Source: a virus (Duplodnaviria > Caudoviricetes). Taken from it: a DNA stretch of 64,000 nucleotides. Positions 34,216-43,584 of this stretch are shown in pieces; the first letter of the stretch is position 1, and each line of letters starts with the position of its first letter. Below the pieces are notes generated by a model. It ran no database searches, was not told where the DNA came from, and was given only the letters and a program-made list of their open reading frames with translations. The stretch lies in IMG/VR virus record IMGVR_UViG_3300032227_000993; one strand, written 5' to 3'. The position numbers and the translations under genes are program-made.

Positions 34216-35151
34216 TTACGACTGTTCTGGCGAAGCTCCATTCAAGGCTTCCCACTCTTCACCGGTGTAGATCTTGACCTTGTACCCTTGATTAGGATCC
34301 TTTTTGCCTGCGTTCTGGCGGGTCCATGAAGGGTTTAGTCCAGCTTGCTCTAACATATCATCACGGATGTTTTGATTTTTCTTTTCTAAATTTAAAATTC
34401 TAGTAAACGAGTTGGTAATTGCTGCTGTGTAATATGCAAAGGGATTTTGTGATTTAAACTCATCAAATTGTAGTCCAATTTGACTCAACTGTAGCAGAGC
34501 TTGACCGCGCATTTCTTCGTTGTAGGTGTAGCCACGCCAGTTACTACGTGTGGCATAACGCTCACATAATTTTAAATACATATGACTCAGAATACGGGTA
34601 GTTTGCCCGTGGTCTTTGCTAAACTCGCCCTTTTCTAAGTCTCCTATCCAGTGACTCTTGCCCACCAGGAACGGTTTTTTATCTGCGTCTAACCGATAGT
34701 GATAAAACGGAGGAAACGGAACACGAACGTGTTTTTCATCTAGCACAGGCACATCTAATAACTCTGCCAACGGATCATCTTCGGCCACATCAAGCTCAAA
34801 GATATCTTCTAATTTTTTCTTTTTTGCTTGTGTTTTGGGAATTTTTTTAGGCGCCATAGGTATGTGTTCCCAGCATACAACACGGAAAACCAAATCCGTA
34901 TTGGCAATTTTCTTAGGATCTATTATGATACCTTCACGTTTTAGCCGATCTGCTTTGTTGCGACGAGCTTCTGCTATCGTGCGCTGATTAATTTTAGCAA
35001 GGGTGGGCAAAATAATATCATATTGATGATCGTTTACTGGGTCCGTAAAAGAACAATATGAGTTCTTGCTTAGGTGAATTTGCTTTAAAATGTCTCTGTT
35101 ATTTAGATAATTCTTAGGGACTGTGGGTCCTTTAGGGGCGATTGTAGCCAA
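34216..35151 (-). CDS. gp55: Late-transcription sigma factor, gp55-like
   Basis: NYLNNRDIL, RYATRSNWRGYTYNEEM, FDEFKSQNPFAYYT...EKK. TTG start with AGGAGA SD. Confidence 0.9.
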   Translation of the reverse strand: MATIAPKGPTVPKNYLNNRDILKQIHLSKNSYCSFTDPVNDHQYDIILPTLAKINQRTIAEARRNKADRLKREGIIIDPKKIANTDLVFRVVCWEHIPMAPKKIPKTQAKKKKLEDIFELDVAEDDPLAELLDVPVLDEKHVRVPFPPFYHYRLDADKKPFLVGKSHWIGDLEKGEFSKDHGQTTRILSHMYLKLCERYATRSNWRGYTYNEEMRGQALLQLSQIGLQFDEFKSQNPFAYYTAAITNSFTRILNLEKKNQNIRDDMLEQAGLNPSWTRQNAGKKDPNQGYKVKIYTGEEWEALNGASPEQS

Positions 35152-35175
35152 TGTAAATCTCCTAGTAATGTTGTT

Positions 35176-35203
35176 ATTTTAACACAGATTGACCTCTTGT
35201 CAA
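35176..35203 (-). promoter_or_regulatory. Host sigma70-type promoter for gp55
   Basis: TTGACA (35198-35203)-N16-TAAAAT (35176-35181) with a TGn extended -10. Confidence 0.65.
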
Positions 35204-35238
35204 CCTTTATTCTTAATCTGAGCCGTTTATTTTGCCGC

Positions 35239-35244
35239 TAAATA
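35239..35244 (+). promoter_or_regulatory. Late promoter of the baseplate operon
   Basis: TAAATA 21 nt before ATG 35266; AGGA SD between. Confidence 0.65.
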
Positions 35245-35265
35245 CTCAATAGGACAAATTGATCA

Positions 35266-36570
35266 ATGGCAACAATAGGAATAGACCCTTTCGCTGGATT
35301 AGCAGGCACAACACCCTCTGCTGCCGATACGGCCGATAATCCTGCGCCGGTTAATAACCCGCCTGACCCGCAAGTCCCATCACTACAACAACAAATTGCC
35401 AGTAATACAGTGGCCGAAAGCAGTATTGATCGAGCTCCAGCAACTGTTGGTAATCCACCTGACCCGCAAGTACCACTTCCTCAGGATGTTCCAGTTTCGG
35501 CTGGCGAAATTGATTTTGCCGCAAACCCCACAAACTTTGGCGCAACCATTCAACGATTTGATGACGGCTCTGCTTTTCAAACCTTTGATGACGGCTCAAC
35601 TCTAGCTACCACAGCCGACGGAAATTTTACATCATCTCCGGCTGCTGTGGACAATGCCAACTACTACGCAGAACAAGCCGGCCCGCCCAGTGAAGGCAAT
35701 GTTGATGTGGCCGGAGCAGAAGCTGCTGCCAACGCTGCTAAAATTGCTGCTGGTACACAACTGGCACAGCAACAAACAGCAATAGCCACTCAGCGTGGAC
35801 AAAAACAAAACGGCGACTGGCGTGTTCGTTTACAACTAGCACCTCAGAGCAACTATTTATACAATGATCCAAATCCAGGAATTCTTCAGCCGCTGAGAAA
35901 CACAAACGGAGTTATTTTTCCATACACTCCTAAAATTGACATGAGTTACCGTGCTAACTATCAGGCCACAGATATTACACACTCTAACTACAAGAATTAT
36001 TTTTATCAAAGCAGTGAAGTCAGTGATATCAGCTTGACAGCACATTTTACAGCACAGAGTACTTCCGACGCTAATTATGTATTAGCTGTGATACACTTTT
36101 TTAGAACTGCCACCAAAATGTTTTATGGACAAGATGCTCAACGAGGAAGTCCTCCGCCTATGGTATTTTTATCGGGCTACGGCGACTATCAGTTCAATAA
36201 CCATGCTTGTTTAATAGCAGATTTTGGTTACTCATTGCCAGACGATGTTGATTACATTCGTGCTCAAGCCACAAACATCACAGGTTTGCCAACAGCCAAT
36301 GTCCGTGCTAGACAAACAGTGGCCACAAATAATATCTTTGCATCAATACAAAGACTATCCAACGCATTTACAACCAAGGGCGCATTGCCTCCAACTCCGT
36401 ATGGTACCTTGCCAGGACCACAGACCGGCATTGGCAATCCAACCTATGTACCAACCAAGTTGGATATTACATTGAAACTGATTCCAGTGGTTAGTCGTCA
36501 AAAAGTCAGCCAACAGTTTAGTGTTAAAAACTTTGCCAATGGTAACTTACTCAAAGGAGGCTTTTGGTAA
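35266..36570 (+). CDS. Tail-tube initiator / baseplate cap-like protein with low-complexity N-terminus
   Basis: C-terminal half GVIFPYTP...THSNY...FTAQ...GSPPP...GYGDYQF...LPDDVDYI resembles contractile-tail tube initiators. N-terminus has NPPDPQVP and FDDGS duplications. Confidence 0.55.
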   Translation: MATIGIDPFAGLAGTTPSAADTADNPAPVNNPPDPQVPSLQQQIASNTVAESSIDRAPATVGNPPDPQVPLPQDVPVSAGEIDFAANPTNFGATIQRFDDGSAFQTFDDGSTLATTADGNFTSSPAAVDNANYYAEQAGPPSEGNVDVAGAEAAANAAKIAAGTQLAQQQTAIATQRGQKQNGDWRVRLQLAPQSNYLYNDPNPGILQPLRNTNGVIFPYTPKIDMSYRANYQATDITHSNYKNYFYQSSEVSDISLTAHFTAQSTSDANYVLAVIHFFRTATKMFYGQDAQRGSPPPMVFLSGYGDYQFNNHACLIADFGYSLPDDVDYIRAQATNITGLPTANVRARQTVATNNIFASIQRLSNAFTTKGALPPTPYGTLPGPQTGIGNPTYVPTKLDITLKLIPVVSRQKVSQQFSVKNFANGNLLKGGFW

Positions 36571-36869
36571 TGGCCAGCTACGACGCAACATCTCCTTATT
36601 TTACCACTGGTTACAGTCAATTCTTTTTAGATACCATGACTAATCGTCCAATACCTAAAAATCCAGACGACCAGTATTTTACAATCAACGCGACATATCA
36701 GTATCGCCCAGACCTCTTGGCATATGACCTGTATGATAATTCCAACCTATGGTGGGTATTTTATCAACGCAATCCTAATACTTTACAAAAACCACCGCTG
36801 GATTTTGTATCGGGTACCCAAATTTATCTGCCAAGAATAACCACACTTCAATCAGCGTTGGGATTCTAA
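36570..36869 (+). CDS. gp53: Baseplate wedge protein, gp53/LysM-like
   Basis: YQYRPDLLAYDLY----LWWVF--RN...P--DF--G--IYLP motif. Confidence 0.75.
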   Translation: MASYDATSPYFTTGYSQFFLDTMTNRPIPKNPDDQYFTINATYQYRPDLLAYDLYDNSNLWWVFYQRNPNTLQKPPLDFVSGTQIYLPRITTLQSALGF

Positions 36870-36870
36870 C

Positions 36871-38121
36871 ATGGTTTTTAAATACATTGATATAGACCCG
36901 TCATCTGGATACGAACGCTGGTATGATTCTGAAACTGGAGCATATCAGTTACGCCCTCAGCCAACTCGTACCACACAAGAAACCCAATCAATACCAGCTG
37001 CAACATTGCCCGCTGCTGTCAACACCTCAGCAACACTGGACCAGACTGAAATTGACAAACAAGATCTACTGAATCCAATATCGTCAAGAGATACTGTAAA
37101 CACCATTGGTGCTGGTACTGTGGGTACCACAACTGCTAAGGCCAATCAGTCCAGCGGCGCCGCCGCACAAAACGATGATCAAATTAAACCAGGCACTACT
37201 GAAACCTCAGCAACAATCAATGCGGCCAACAACGGTCCTATCATACCACAACCAAATGTACTAGATCAATATGCCAGTTACACCTACAGTTTAAGTTGGT
37301 ACATACTTACCAAAGAACAATTTAATGAGTTGGCCAGCGGTCAAATTAACACAAACAAATGGATGTTGTTGATGCAGAGCGGAGGAGCACAGGCCAATGT
37401 CAACGACAACGGCCAGGGTGGTCGCAGTCCTTACTTTACATTAGACTATTACATGGATAATCTAGTTCTTGAAACTTATTTGCCAGGCGGTGGCTCAGGT
37501 GGCACATTAAACGCAAACAATGGCGGCAAACTGGAATTTACCGTGACAGAACCCAACGGCCTTACCCTGCCAAACAACCTGGCCTTGGCCTATCAAGATG
37601 CTGTTAAAAATGCCACCGGCGGAGAAAAAGAATCCTGGGCACAAGCATTGTACTGTATGGTAATTAAATTTTACGGCTATGATGATGCTGGCAATTTAAT
37701 GCAAGCTGGACGCAATGGCAATCAAAACGGAACAGAATCGGCGGCCAGTCCCAGAGCCAATGTACAAAAAATTTATCCGTTTGCTATTGAACATTTTGAT
37801 TTTCGTTTGACTAATCGTGCGGTTGAGTACAAAATACAAGCCACCTGCCCTATCTTTACACTCAACGCTTCTAGTCGTCGAGGATCTATTCCTCAACCGT
37901 TTGCGCTGGTTGGCAAGACAGTGAGCGATATTTTGCTAGGCAACGGCAGCACCGGCACTCAAGTTTCTAGAGCCGAGGATGGTCGTCCTACAGCACCTAC
38001 TACAGCGCAACCAGCTCCACAGGCTCCGGCAACACCGGCTACATTATCATCGGTAGTTACTGGACGAGACAACCCGCTGGCAACCAGTGGCGGTTTTGAT
38101 TTTACTGCTGGAAATTTTTAA
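36871..38121 (+). CDS. Baseplate hub-like protein, N-terminal part
   Basis: PNVLDQYASYTY-LSWY...F-VTEPNG-T...IKFYGYD; lies between gp53-like and gp5-like genes. Confidence 0.5.
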   Translation: MVFKYIDIDPSSGYERWYDSETGAYQLRPQPTRTTQETQSIPAATLPAAVNTSATLDQTEIDKQDLLNPISSRDTVNTIGAGTVGTTTAKANQSSGAAAQNDDQIKPGTTETSATINAANNGPIIPQPNVLDQYASYTYSLSWYILTKEQFNELASGQINTNKWMLLMQSGGAQANVNDNGQGGRSPYFTLDYYMDNLVLETYLPGGGSGGTLNANNGGKLEFTVTEPNGLTLPNNLALAYQDAVKNATGGEKESWAQALYCMVIKFYGYDDAGNLMQAGRNGNQNGTESAASPRANVQKIYPFAIEHFDFRLTNRAVEYKIQATCPIFTLNASSRRGSIPQPFALVGKTVSDILLGNGSTGTQVSRAEDGRPTAPTTAQPAPQAPATPATLSSVVTGRDNPLATSGGFDFTAGNF

Positions 38122-38122
38122 C

Positions 38123-39967
38123 ATGGCCAACATACCTTACGATCCAGCAGCTATTGCCAACAAAAGATTTGGAGGGCCTGGCGGTACTGCCACAATAGCA
38201 ACTACCGACCAGCTAAGAGCCAAACAAGCCACATTGACTAGATCATCAACTCTGGCAGAAGCCACACACTTGGCCAATCCAACAACTAACCCCGCCGGCT
38301 CACCGGCCAAGGCTCCAGCGGCACCAACTGGCAACACTACAACGGTGTTTACAGGATTATGTGATGCCATCAATGAATTTCAGCGTTCATTGGTTAGACC
38401 CGGCGGCTATGAAATAGCAGATGTGTATGAAATACAATTTTCTCCAGCGTCAATTGGCTCTTCAACAGTGGCCTTAAAAGGCGAAGCATACAAAGCATCG
38501 CCTACTAACCAACAAAAAGATCCAAGGACTCAATTAGATCAAGGAGCACAAAAGTTAGATCTTACCGGCCGTATTGTTCAAGTAGGGCAAGGTACACAAA
38601 TTGTTCAGTTTATTGATCAGGTCATGCGACAAAGCAGTTACATCACAGACCAAGCTAATTTTACCATTGAAGAAAGTACTGGAAAATTAAAAGCCAAAGA
38701 AAATGCGCCAGCCAACGCAGATTTAAAATGGTACAAGATTAATTTTCAAGCAAAATCACTGGGCTTTGACAAAGGCCGCAACGACTATGCTTACCGAATG
38801 ATTTACACCATCACTCCTTACACAATCAATAAAATGGATAGCCAATATTTTCCAGACAGTAATTATCGAGGTGTTCATAAATCCTACAACTATTGGTTTA
38901 CTGGAAAAAACAATTCTGTAATAAGTTTTGAACAAGACTACAATAATATGTACTACACTATTTTAGCACAGACAGTTGGCGGTGTTGGAACCGGGCCCTT
39001 GGCTGGTTTAAAAAATGTTCCAGCAACTCCATCTACCGAGCCACTTGGTAAAACAAAATCCACGTCAACTACCCCAAAATCATATGCTCCGGCAGCCAGC
39101 GTAAGTAGTCAAGGTGCCGATAATGCTGCCAACGAACTGGGCGCATCAGCTGCGGATTTTTTGTATGCCATGTCTCCGCAAGGAGAAATGAAAATACGCA
39201 TCATAGGTGACCCAGCGTGGATAGCCCAAGGCGAAATTACCAATTCAGTAAACGCAGCCACAGTCAATCTATCACCATTTTTGCCAGATGGCACCATTAA
39301 CATGGACGCTGGCCAGGTCATGTTTGATTTGTATTTTAATCGCCCAGCTGATTACAATTTTGACACAGGAGTAGTTAATGTTAATGCTCAAACAATTAAT
39401 CCTGGCGGAACATTAGCTGCACTACAACCACAAGCACACTTAACTTATATTTGCTCACAGGTAAAAAGTTATTTTAATCAAGGTAAATTTGAACAAGAAA
39501 TTACTGGCAAATCATTTAGAGATGGGTTTGATTCAGTACTATCAACAGCAGCGGCAGCACAAAAAACTCAACAAACACAACAACAGCAACGTGAACAAAA
39601 CGCCAATGATCAAGCAACGGCCAACGGGTCACGGAGTGTTACGCCTTCGGCAATCAACACCGGTTCGGATAATAGTACAGTTGGAAGAGCGCCAGAAATT
39701 GACACAGCACCAGCTGGCGACATTACCAACCCATCACCACAGCCAGCGATGCCAGCTTCACCACCTGTATCTAACGGAGATTTAACTGTGACAACTAATA
39801 GTGCTCCAGAAAATACATTAAAAGCACAGATACAAAACGTAGCAGACGCCAGTGGATTCATACAACAACCGCTGACACAAGAGCAAAGAGATATTCAATC
39901 TCTTGGATTAAAAAATACTAAAGCACAAACAATGGCAGCTAACGATGACGCAAATGGACAACTATAA
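38123..39967 (+). CDS. Baseplate hub-like protein, C-terminal part
   Basis: ATG at 38123 in the +1 frame just after the upstream stop; I-GDPAWI...FN-P-DY...F--GKFEQ motifs. Confidence 0.5.
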   Translation: MANIPYDPAAIANKRFGGPGGTATIATTDQLRAKQATLTRSSTLAEATHLANPTTNPAGSPAKAPAAPTGNTTTVFTGLCDAINEFQRSLVRPGGYEIADVYEIQFSPASIGSSTVALKGEAYKASPTNQQKDPRTQLDQGAQKLDLTGRIVQVGQGTQIVQFIDQVMRQSSYITDQANFTIEESTGKLKAKENAPANADLKWYKINFQAKSLGFDKGRNDYAYRMIYTITPYTINKMDSQYFPDSNYRGVHKSYNYWFTGKNNSVISFEQDYNNMYYTILAQTVGGVGTGPLAGLKNVPATPSTEPLGKTKSTSTTPKSYAPAASVSSQGADNAANELGASAADFLYAMSPQGEMKIRIIGDPAWIAQGEITNSVNAATVNLSPFLPDGTINMDAGQVMFDLYFNRPADYNFDTGVVNVNAQTINPGGTLAALQPQAHLTYICSQVKSYFNQGKFEQEITGKSFRDGFDSVLSTAAAAQKTQQTQQQQREQNANDQATANGSRSVTPSAINTGSDNSTVGRAPEIDTAPAGDITNPSPQPAMPASPPVSNGDLTVTTNSAPENTLKAQIQNVADASGFIQQPLTQEQRDIQSLGLKNTKAQTMAANDDANGQL

Positions 39968-41481
39968 TGGCAGTTAACGTAGAACGATCAAGAGGACGCT
40001 CGTCAAATTACAAATTTGACCGCGGTGGAATGCCAACGGACTATGGTCCGTACATAGGCGAGATAATGAACAACGTGGATCCAACACGCGGCGGCCGTGT
40101 TCAGGTCTACATTGAACAATTTGGTCAAGGTGATAAAACAAATCCATCAACCTGGCGTACCGTAAGTTATATGCCACAGTTTGCTGGAGCCTCACCCAAG
40201 TCCTCTACTTCCAAGGGCACAGGATCATTTGGTAACTTCAACAATCAAATGAGTTACGGAACACAAGCTGCTCCTCCAGATATTGGTGTTAGAGTAATGT
40301 GTATTTTTGTTGGTGGAGATCCCAGCCAAGGGTATTACATTGGTTGCGTTCCTGAACAAGGTATGAACTACATGACTCCCACCATAGGAGCCAGTAAAAA
40401 CTTTGTACCACAGAATGAAAATCAAAAAACATACTTTGCTGCTGACAAACAGCTACCTGTTATTGAAATTAATAACTCGCCAGAAAATACAGAAATAACG
40501 CAAAATCCAAAGTTCTTTGATCAACCTAAACCAGTCCATTCGTACCTCACTGGAGTAATGTTCCAACAAGGCTTGAATGGCGACCCAGTACGTGGCCCTA
40601 TCACTTCAAGTGCACAACGTGAAAGTCCAAGTACTGTGTACGGAACATCAACTCCGGGGCGTCCTATCTATCAAGGCGGTCTTGACGAAGCAACCATCAA
40701 GTCAAAATTAGCCTCAGGCGAACTCAAAGAAGAAGACATTCAAGTTATTGGCCGTCGCGGTGGACATTCAGTAATCATGGACGACGGCGATCAAGAAGGC
40801 AAAAACGCAATGATTCGTTTCCGTACTGCCAAAGGACATCAAATTACTCTAAGTGATGATGCCAACAGTTTGTACATCACCCATAGCAACGGACAAGTAT
40901 GGTTAGAATTTGGACAAGAAGGCACACTTGATGTGTTTTCAACAAATAGTATTAACTTCCGCACTCAAGGAACTCTAAACTTCCACGCAGACCAAGACAT
41001 CAATATGTTTGCCGGCGGAAAGTTCAACATGAAGAGTATGAAGGGCACAGTATTACAGTCGGAAGCCACACTTGATGTTGCCAATAAAGGCGCTATGACT
41101 TTGTTTTCTGAAGCCAAGATAGGCGTAAAGGCCAGTGGAGCACTGGCACTACAAAGTGTCACTGGCAGCTGGCGCTCAACTGGCGGCCTGGCCCTACAAG
41201 GAAACCCAATAGATCTCAATGGCGGATCCACTCAAACAGTTACCACACCCACAGGATTAATCACCTACACCATGCCAGACACATCGTTCCAAACATCAAC
41301 AGGTTGGGATGTTGCTCCTGATGGAGTAGAAAGTATTGTTACTCGTGCTCCAGCACACGAACCATGGCCATATCACAATCAAGGCGTAGCAGTCAAGGTA
41401 TCTTTGCAGCCTGGGCAACCTGGTTCACCTCCAGGCGCACCTACTATTCCAGCCGGGTCAACCATAACTAAAACAAAATAA
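39967..41481 (+). CDS. gp5: Baseplate central spike, gp5/VgrG-like (no lysozyme domain)
   Basis: N-terminal OB-type DPTRGGRVQV...PPDIGVRVMCIF; GHSVIMDDG...RTAKGHQITLSD beta-repeats; P-HEPW--H tip motif. Confidence 0.75.
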   Translation: MAVNVERSRGRSSNYKFDRGGMPTDYGPYIGEIMNNVDPTRGGRVQVYIEQFGQGDKTNPSTWRTVSYMPQFAGASPKSSTSKGTGSFGNFNNQMSYGTQAAPPDIGVRVMCIFVGGDPSQGYYIGCVPEQGMNYMTPTIGASKNFVPQNENQKTYFAADKQLPVIEINNSPENTEITQNPKFFDQPKPVHSYLTGVMFQQGLNGDPVRGPITSSAQRESPSTVYGTSTPGRPIYQGGLDEATIKSKLASGELKEEDIQVIGRRGGHSVIMDDGDQEGKNAMIRFRTAKGHQITLSDDANSLYITHSNGQVWLEFGQEGTLDVFSTNSINFRTQGTLNFHADQDINMFAGGKFNMKSMKGTVLQSEATLDVANKGAMTLFSEAKIGVKASGALALQSVTGSWRSTGGLALQGNPIDLNGGSTQTVTTPTGLITYTMPDTSFQTSTGWDVAPDGVESIVTRAPAHEPWPYHNQGVAVKVSLQPGQPGSPPGAPTIPAGSTITKTK

Positions 41482-41483
41482 TC

Positions 41484-43145
41484 ATGGCACTTTACAAATA
41501 CACCCTTCCTTCCGGTTCTGAGTTTTCATTAAATGCTCCTGATGGGACCACACAAGCTCAAGCTGATCAAATTTTTTATGAGCAAGTGGCTGCTGGTACA
41601 TTTGTAGGTTACCGTGTGGGCGATAGTTTAACTCGTCCAGAAGAAGCCTTGAGCAATTTTGGTCTTACTCGATTAGAACGTGGTACAGCAGGTGTAGATG
41701 ATAGAACATTATTGGCAATAATACAAAACTTACCGCTGGTAAGTACTCTTCCCAATTTGAATGGTGTAGTGGCAAATTCTGTAACCCAAGCAGATGTGAT
41801 TTTGGCCAAAGAAGGCCTGGGCCCCACTGCAATTGGACCATTGTCTCCGCCACAAGTACAAACTATATTGGGACAAACGTTGGCCACAGTAGATCAGCCA
41901 TCTACCGAACTTACACAGGCCAAAGGCCTAGGTGCCTATGGTCTTAACGCACTACAACTTGAAAGAGCCTGTTATCTTAAGCCTGGCACAGTTGATAGAT
42001 ATCTTGGCGGAGTGGCCAGTAATACTTTTAGCAACCCTGCCAACTTTAAAGAAGTACTAGGCACTCCTGGAATTTGGACCGGCAAGGACGGAGTGACCAG
42101 CGCAGATATGTTGTTGGCAAGTCCAGAATTACAGGCCAAAGTACAAACTACATTGATGCAAAACAGTTACAAAACCTTGGTAAGCGCAGGAGTCATTGCT
42201 CCAAAAACTCCAGCGGCTTCTCAGCCATACACCGGTGCTGGCCAAGTGTATTCAAGCTCACAAACACTGGTGGCCACTACAGCTCTTACAGTGATTGCTT
42301 CTGGTCTTGGCTACAACGGATCTAACACGTTGTTTAGTGATTTTTCTGGATTGTTTAGAACAGCTCCACCTTCTGGATCTAATATTGTGAATAATATTCC
42401 TGGCGGAGATATCACCACTTTGGCCTCAGGAGCCATATCATCAACAGCTGGGGCGGTAGCCGCAGTAGGACAGGTTAACTCAGTAAACTCAGCCCTGACA
42501 GCAGCTTCGGCGGTTACCACAGCAGTCAATCAAGACATTGGTGCTTTGGTAGCTACCAGCAGTAAAGTAGGCACAGCAGTCACTACAGCCTGGGCACAAG
42601 GAACCAAAGTTCTTGATGATCCTAAAGCGGCCGCAGATAGATTACTTGCTGGAGCACAAGATCAAGCCAACTCACTGATCACAAATATCGAAGGGCAGGT
42701 AAGAACTGCCGCTGATACTGCTAGAAATCAAGCAACTGCCCTGGTTGATCAAGGCAAGCAAGCCATGGATAATTTGGCCAAGGCCGCTAAAAACGCCGTT
42801 GCCTTTGCTGATACCAAACTCAGTAGCTTGGTGGCAGGTGTAAAAAAAGCTGCCGCATTCAGCAACACAGTCGATCGCACCACAGTAGACGCTGCTATCA
42901 CTAGAGTTATTGGCAGTGACAAAATACCTAGTCCTAAATTTGAACTGCCAAACTTGGCAAGTTTAGGAGTCACTCAAGATATTGCCAAGGCCCAAGAAAT
43001 AATTAAACAAGCACAGGCAACCAGTACAGCAATTATCAATCAAGGGCAACAATTATATGCTCAAACAACGGCACTGGGCAATCAAGCACAGGCTGCAGTC
43101 AACAATGCGCAGAATCAAATCAACATCATTACACCTCGCGGTTAA
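41484..43145 (+). CDS. Tail/baseplate-associated protein with degenerate lysozyme-like core and Ala/Gln-rich helical C-terminus
   Basis: GLGAYGLNALQLE--CYLKPG...WTGKDGV segment; amphipathic repeats at the C-terminus. Confidence 0.45.
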   Translation: MALYKYTLPSGSEFSLNAPDGTTQAQADQIFYEQVAAGTFVGYRVGDSLTRPEEALSNFGLTRLERGTAGVDDRTLLAIIQNLPLVSTLPNLNGVVANSVTQADVILAKEGLGPTAIGPLSPPQVQTILGQTLATVDQPSTELTQAKGLGAYGLNALQLERACYLKPGTVDRYLGGVASNTFSNPANFKEVLGTPGIWTGKDGVTSADMLLASPELQAKVQTTLMQNSYKTLVSAGVIAPKTPAASQPYTGAGQVYSSSQTLVATTALTVIASGLGYNGSNTLFSDFSGLFRTAPPSGSNIVNNIPGGDITTLASGAISSTAGAVAAVGQVNSVNSALTAASAVTTAVNQDIGALVATSSKVGTAVTTAWAQGTKVLDDPKAAADRLLAGAQDQANSLITNIEGQVRTAADTARNQATALVDQGKQAMDNLAKAAKNAVAFADTKLSSLVAGVKKAAAFSNTVDRTTVDAAITRVIGSDKIPSPKFELPNLASLGVTQDIAKAQEIIKQAQATSTAIINQGQQLYAQTTALGNQAQAAVNNAQNQINIITPRG

Positions 43146-43163
43146 CTACGGTAAATACACAAT

Positions 43164-43538
43164 ATGGCAACTTTCATTGGATTTAACACAATAGGACAAA
43201 ACAAACAGTTTACATCTGTTGATTTTGACCTGGTTAAAATTGATCTTCTCAACGCTTTTAACATTAGGCAAGGCGAATTGATAGGTCGACCCGGCTACGG
43301 AACAATATTGTGGGACTATCTATTTGAAAATCAAACGCAAGAAATAGAACAAGCAATCTATAATGAAGTCCAGCGAGTATGTGGTGGCGATCCAAGGATT
43401 TACTTGAACTCAACCAATGTGTACCCACAACAAAATGGTCTTTTACTTGAGTTAGAACTAATAATTGTACCCACTACAGACCCACAGCGGCTATCAATTT
43501 TCTTTGATCAAACGCAACGAATAGCTTCTTACGTATAA
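43164..43538 (+). CDS. gp25: Baseplate wedge protein, gp25-like
   Basis: DLLNAFNIRQGE---P-YG--LWDYLFE...DPRI; TAAATA at 43152-43157. Confidence 0.88.
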   Translation: MATFIGFNTIGQNKQFTSVDFDLVKIDLLNAFNIRQGELIGRPGYGTILWDYLFENQTQEIEQAIYNEVQRVCGGDPRIYLNSTNVYPQQNGLLLELELIIVPTTDPQRLSIFFDQTQRIASYV

Positions 43539-43584
43539 CTACCCAGTTTATTCCTGTAATAAATAATACAACAACGGAATAACC

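Noticed and set aside
35340-35600. Repeat array in the N-terminus of the tube-initiator-like gene
   Set aside because: There are only two pairs of short in-frame duplications (NPPDPQVP, FDDGS), which is ordinary low-complexity linker evolution.
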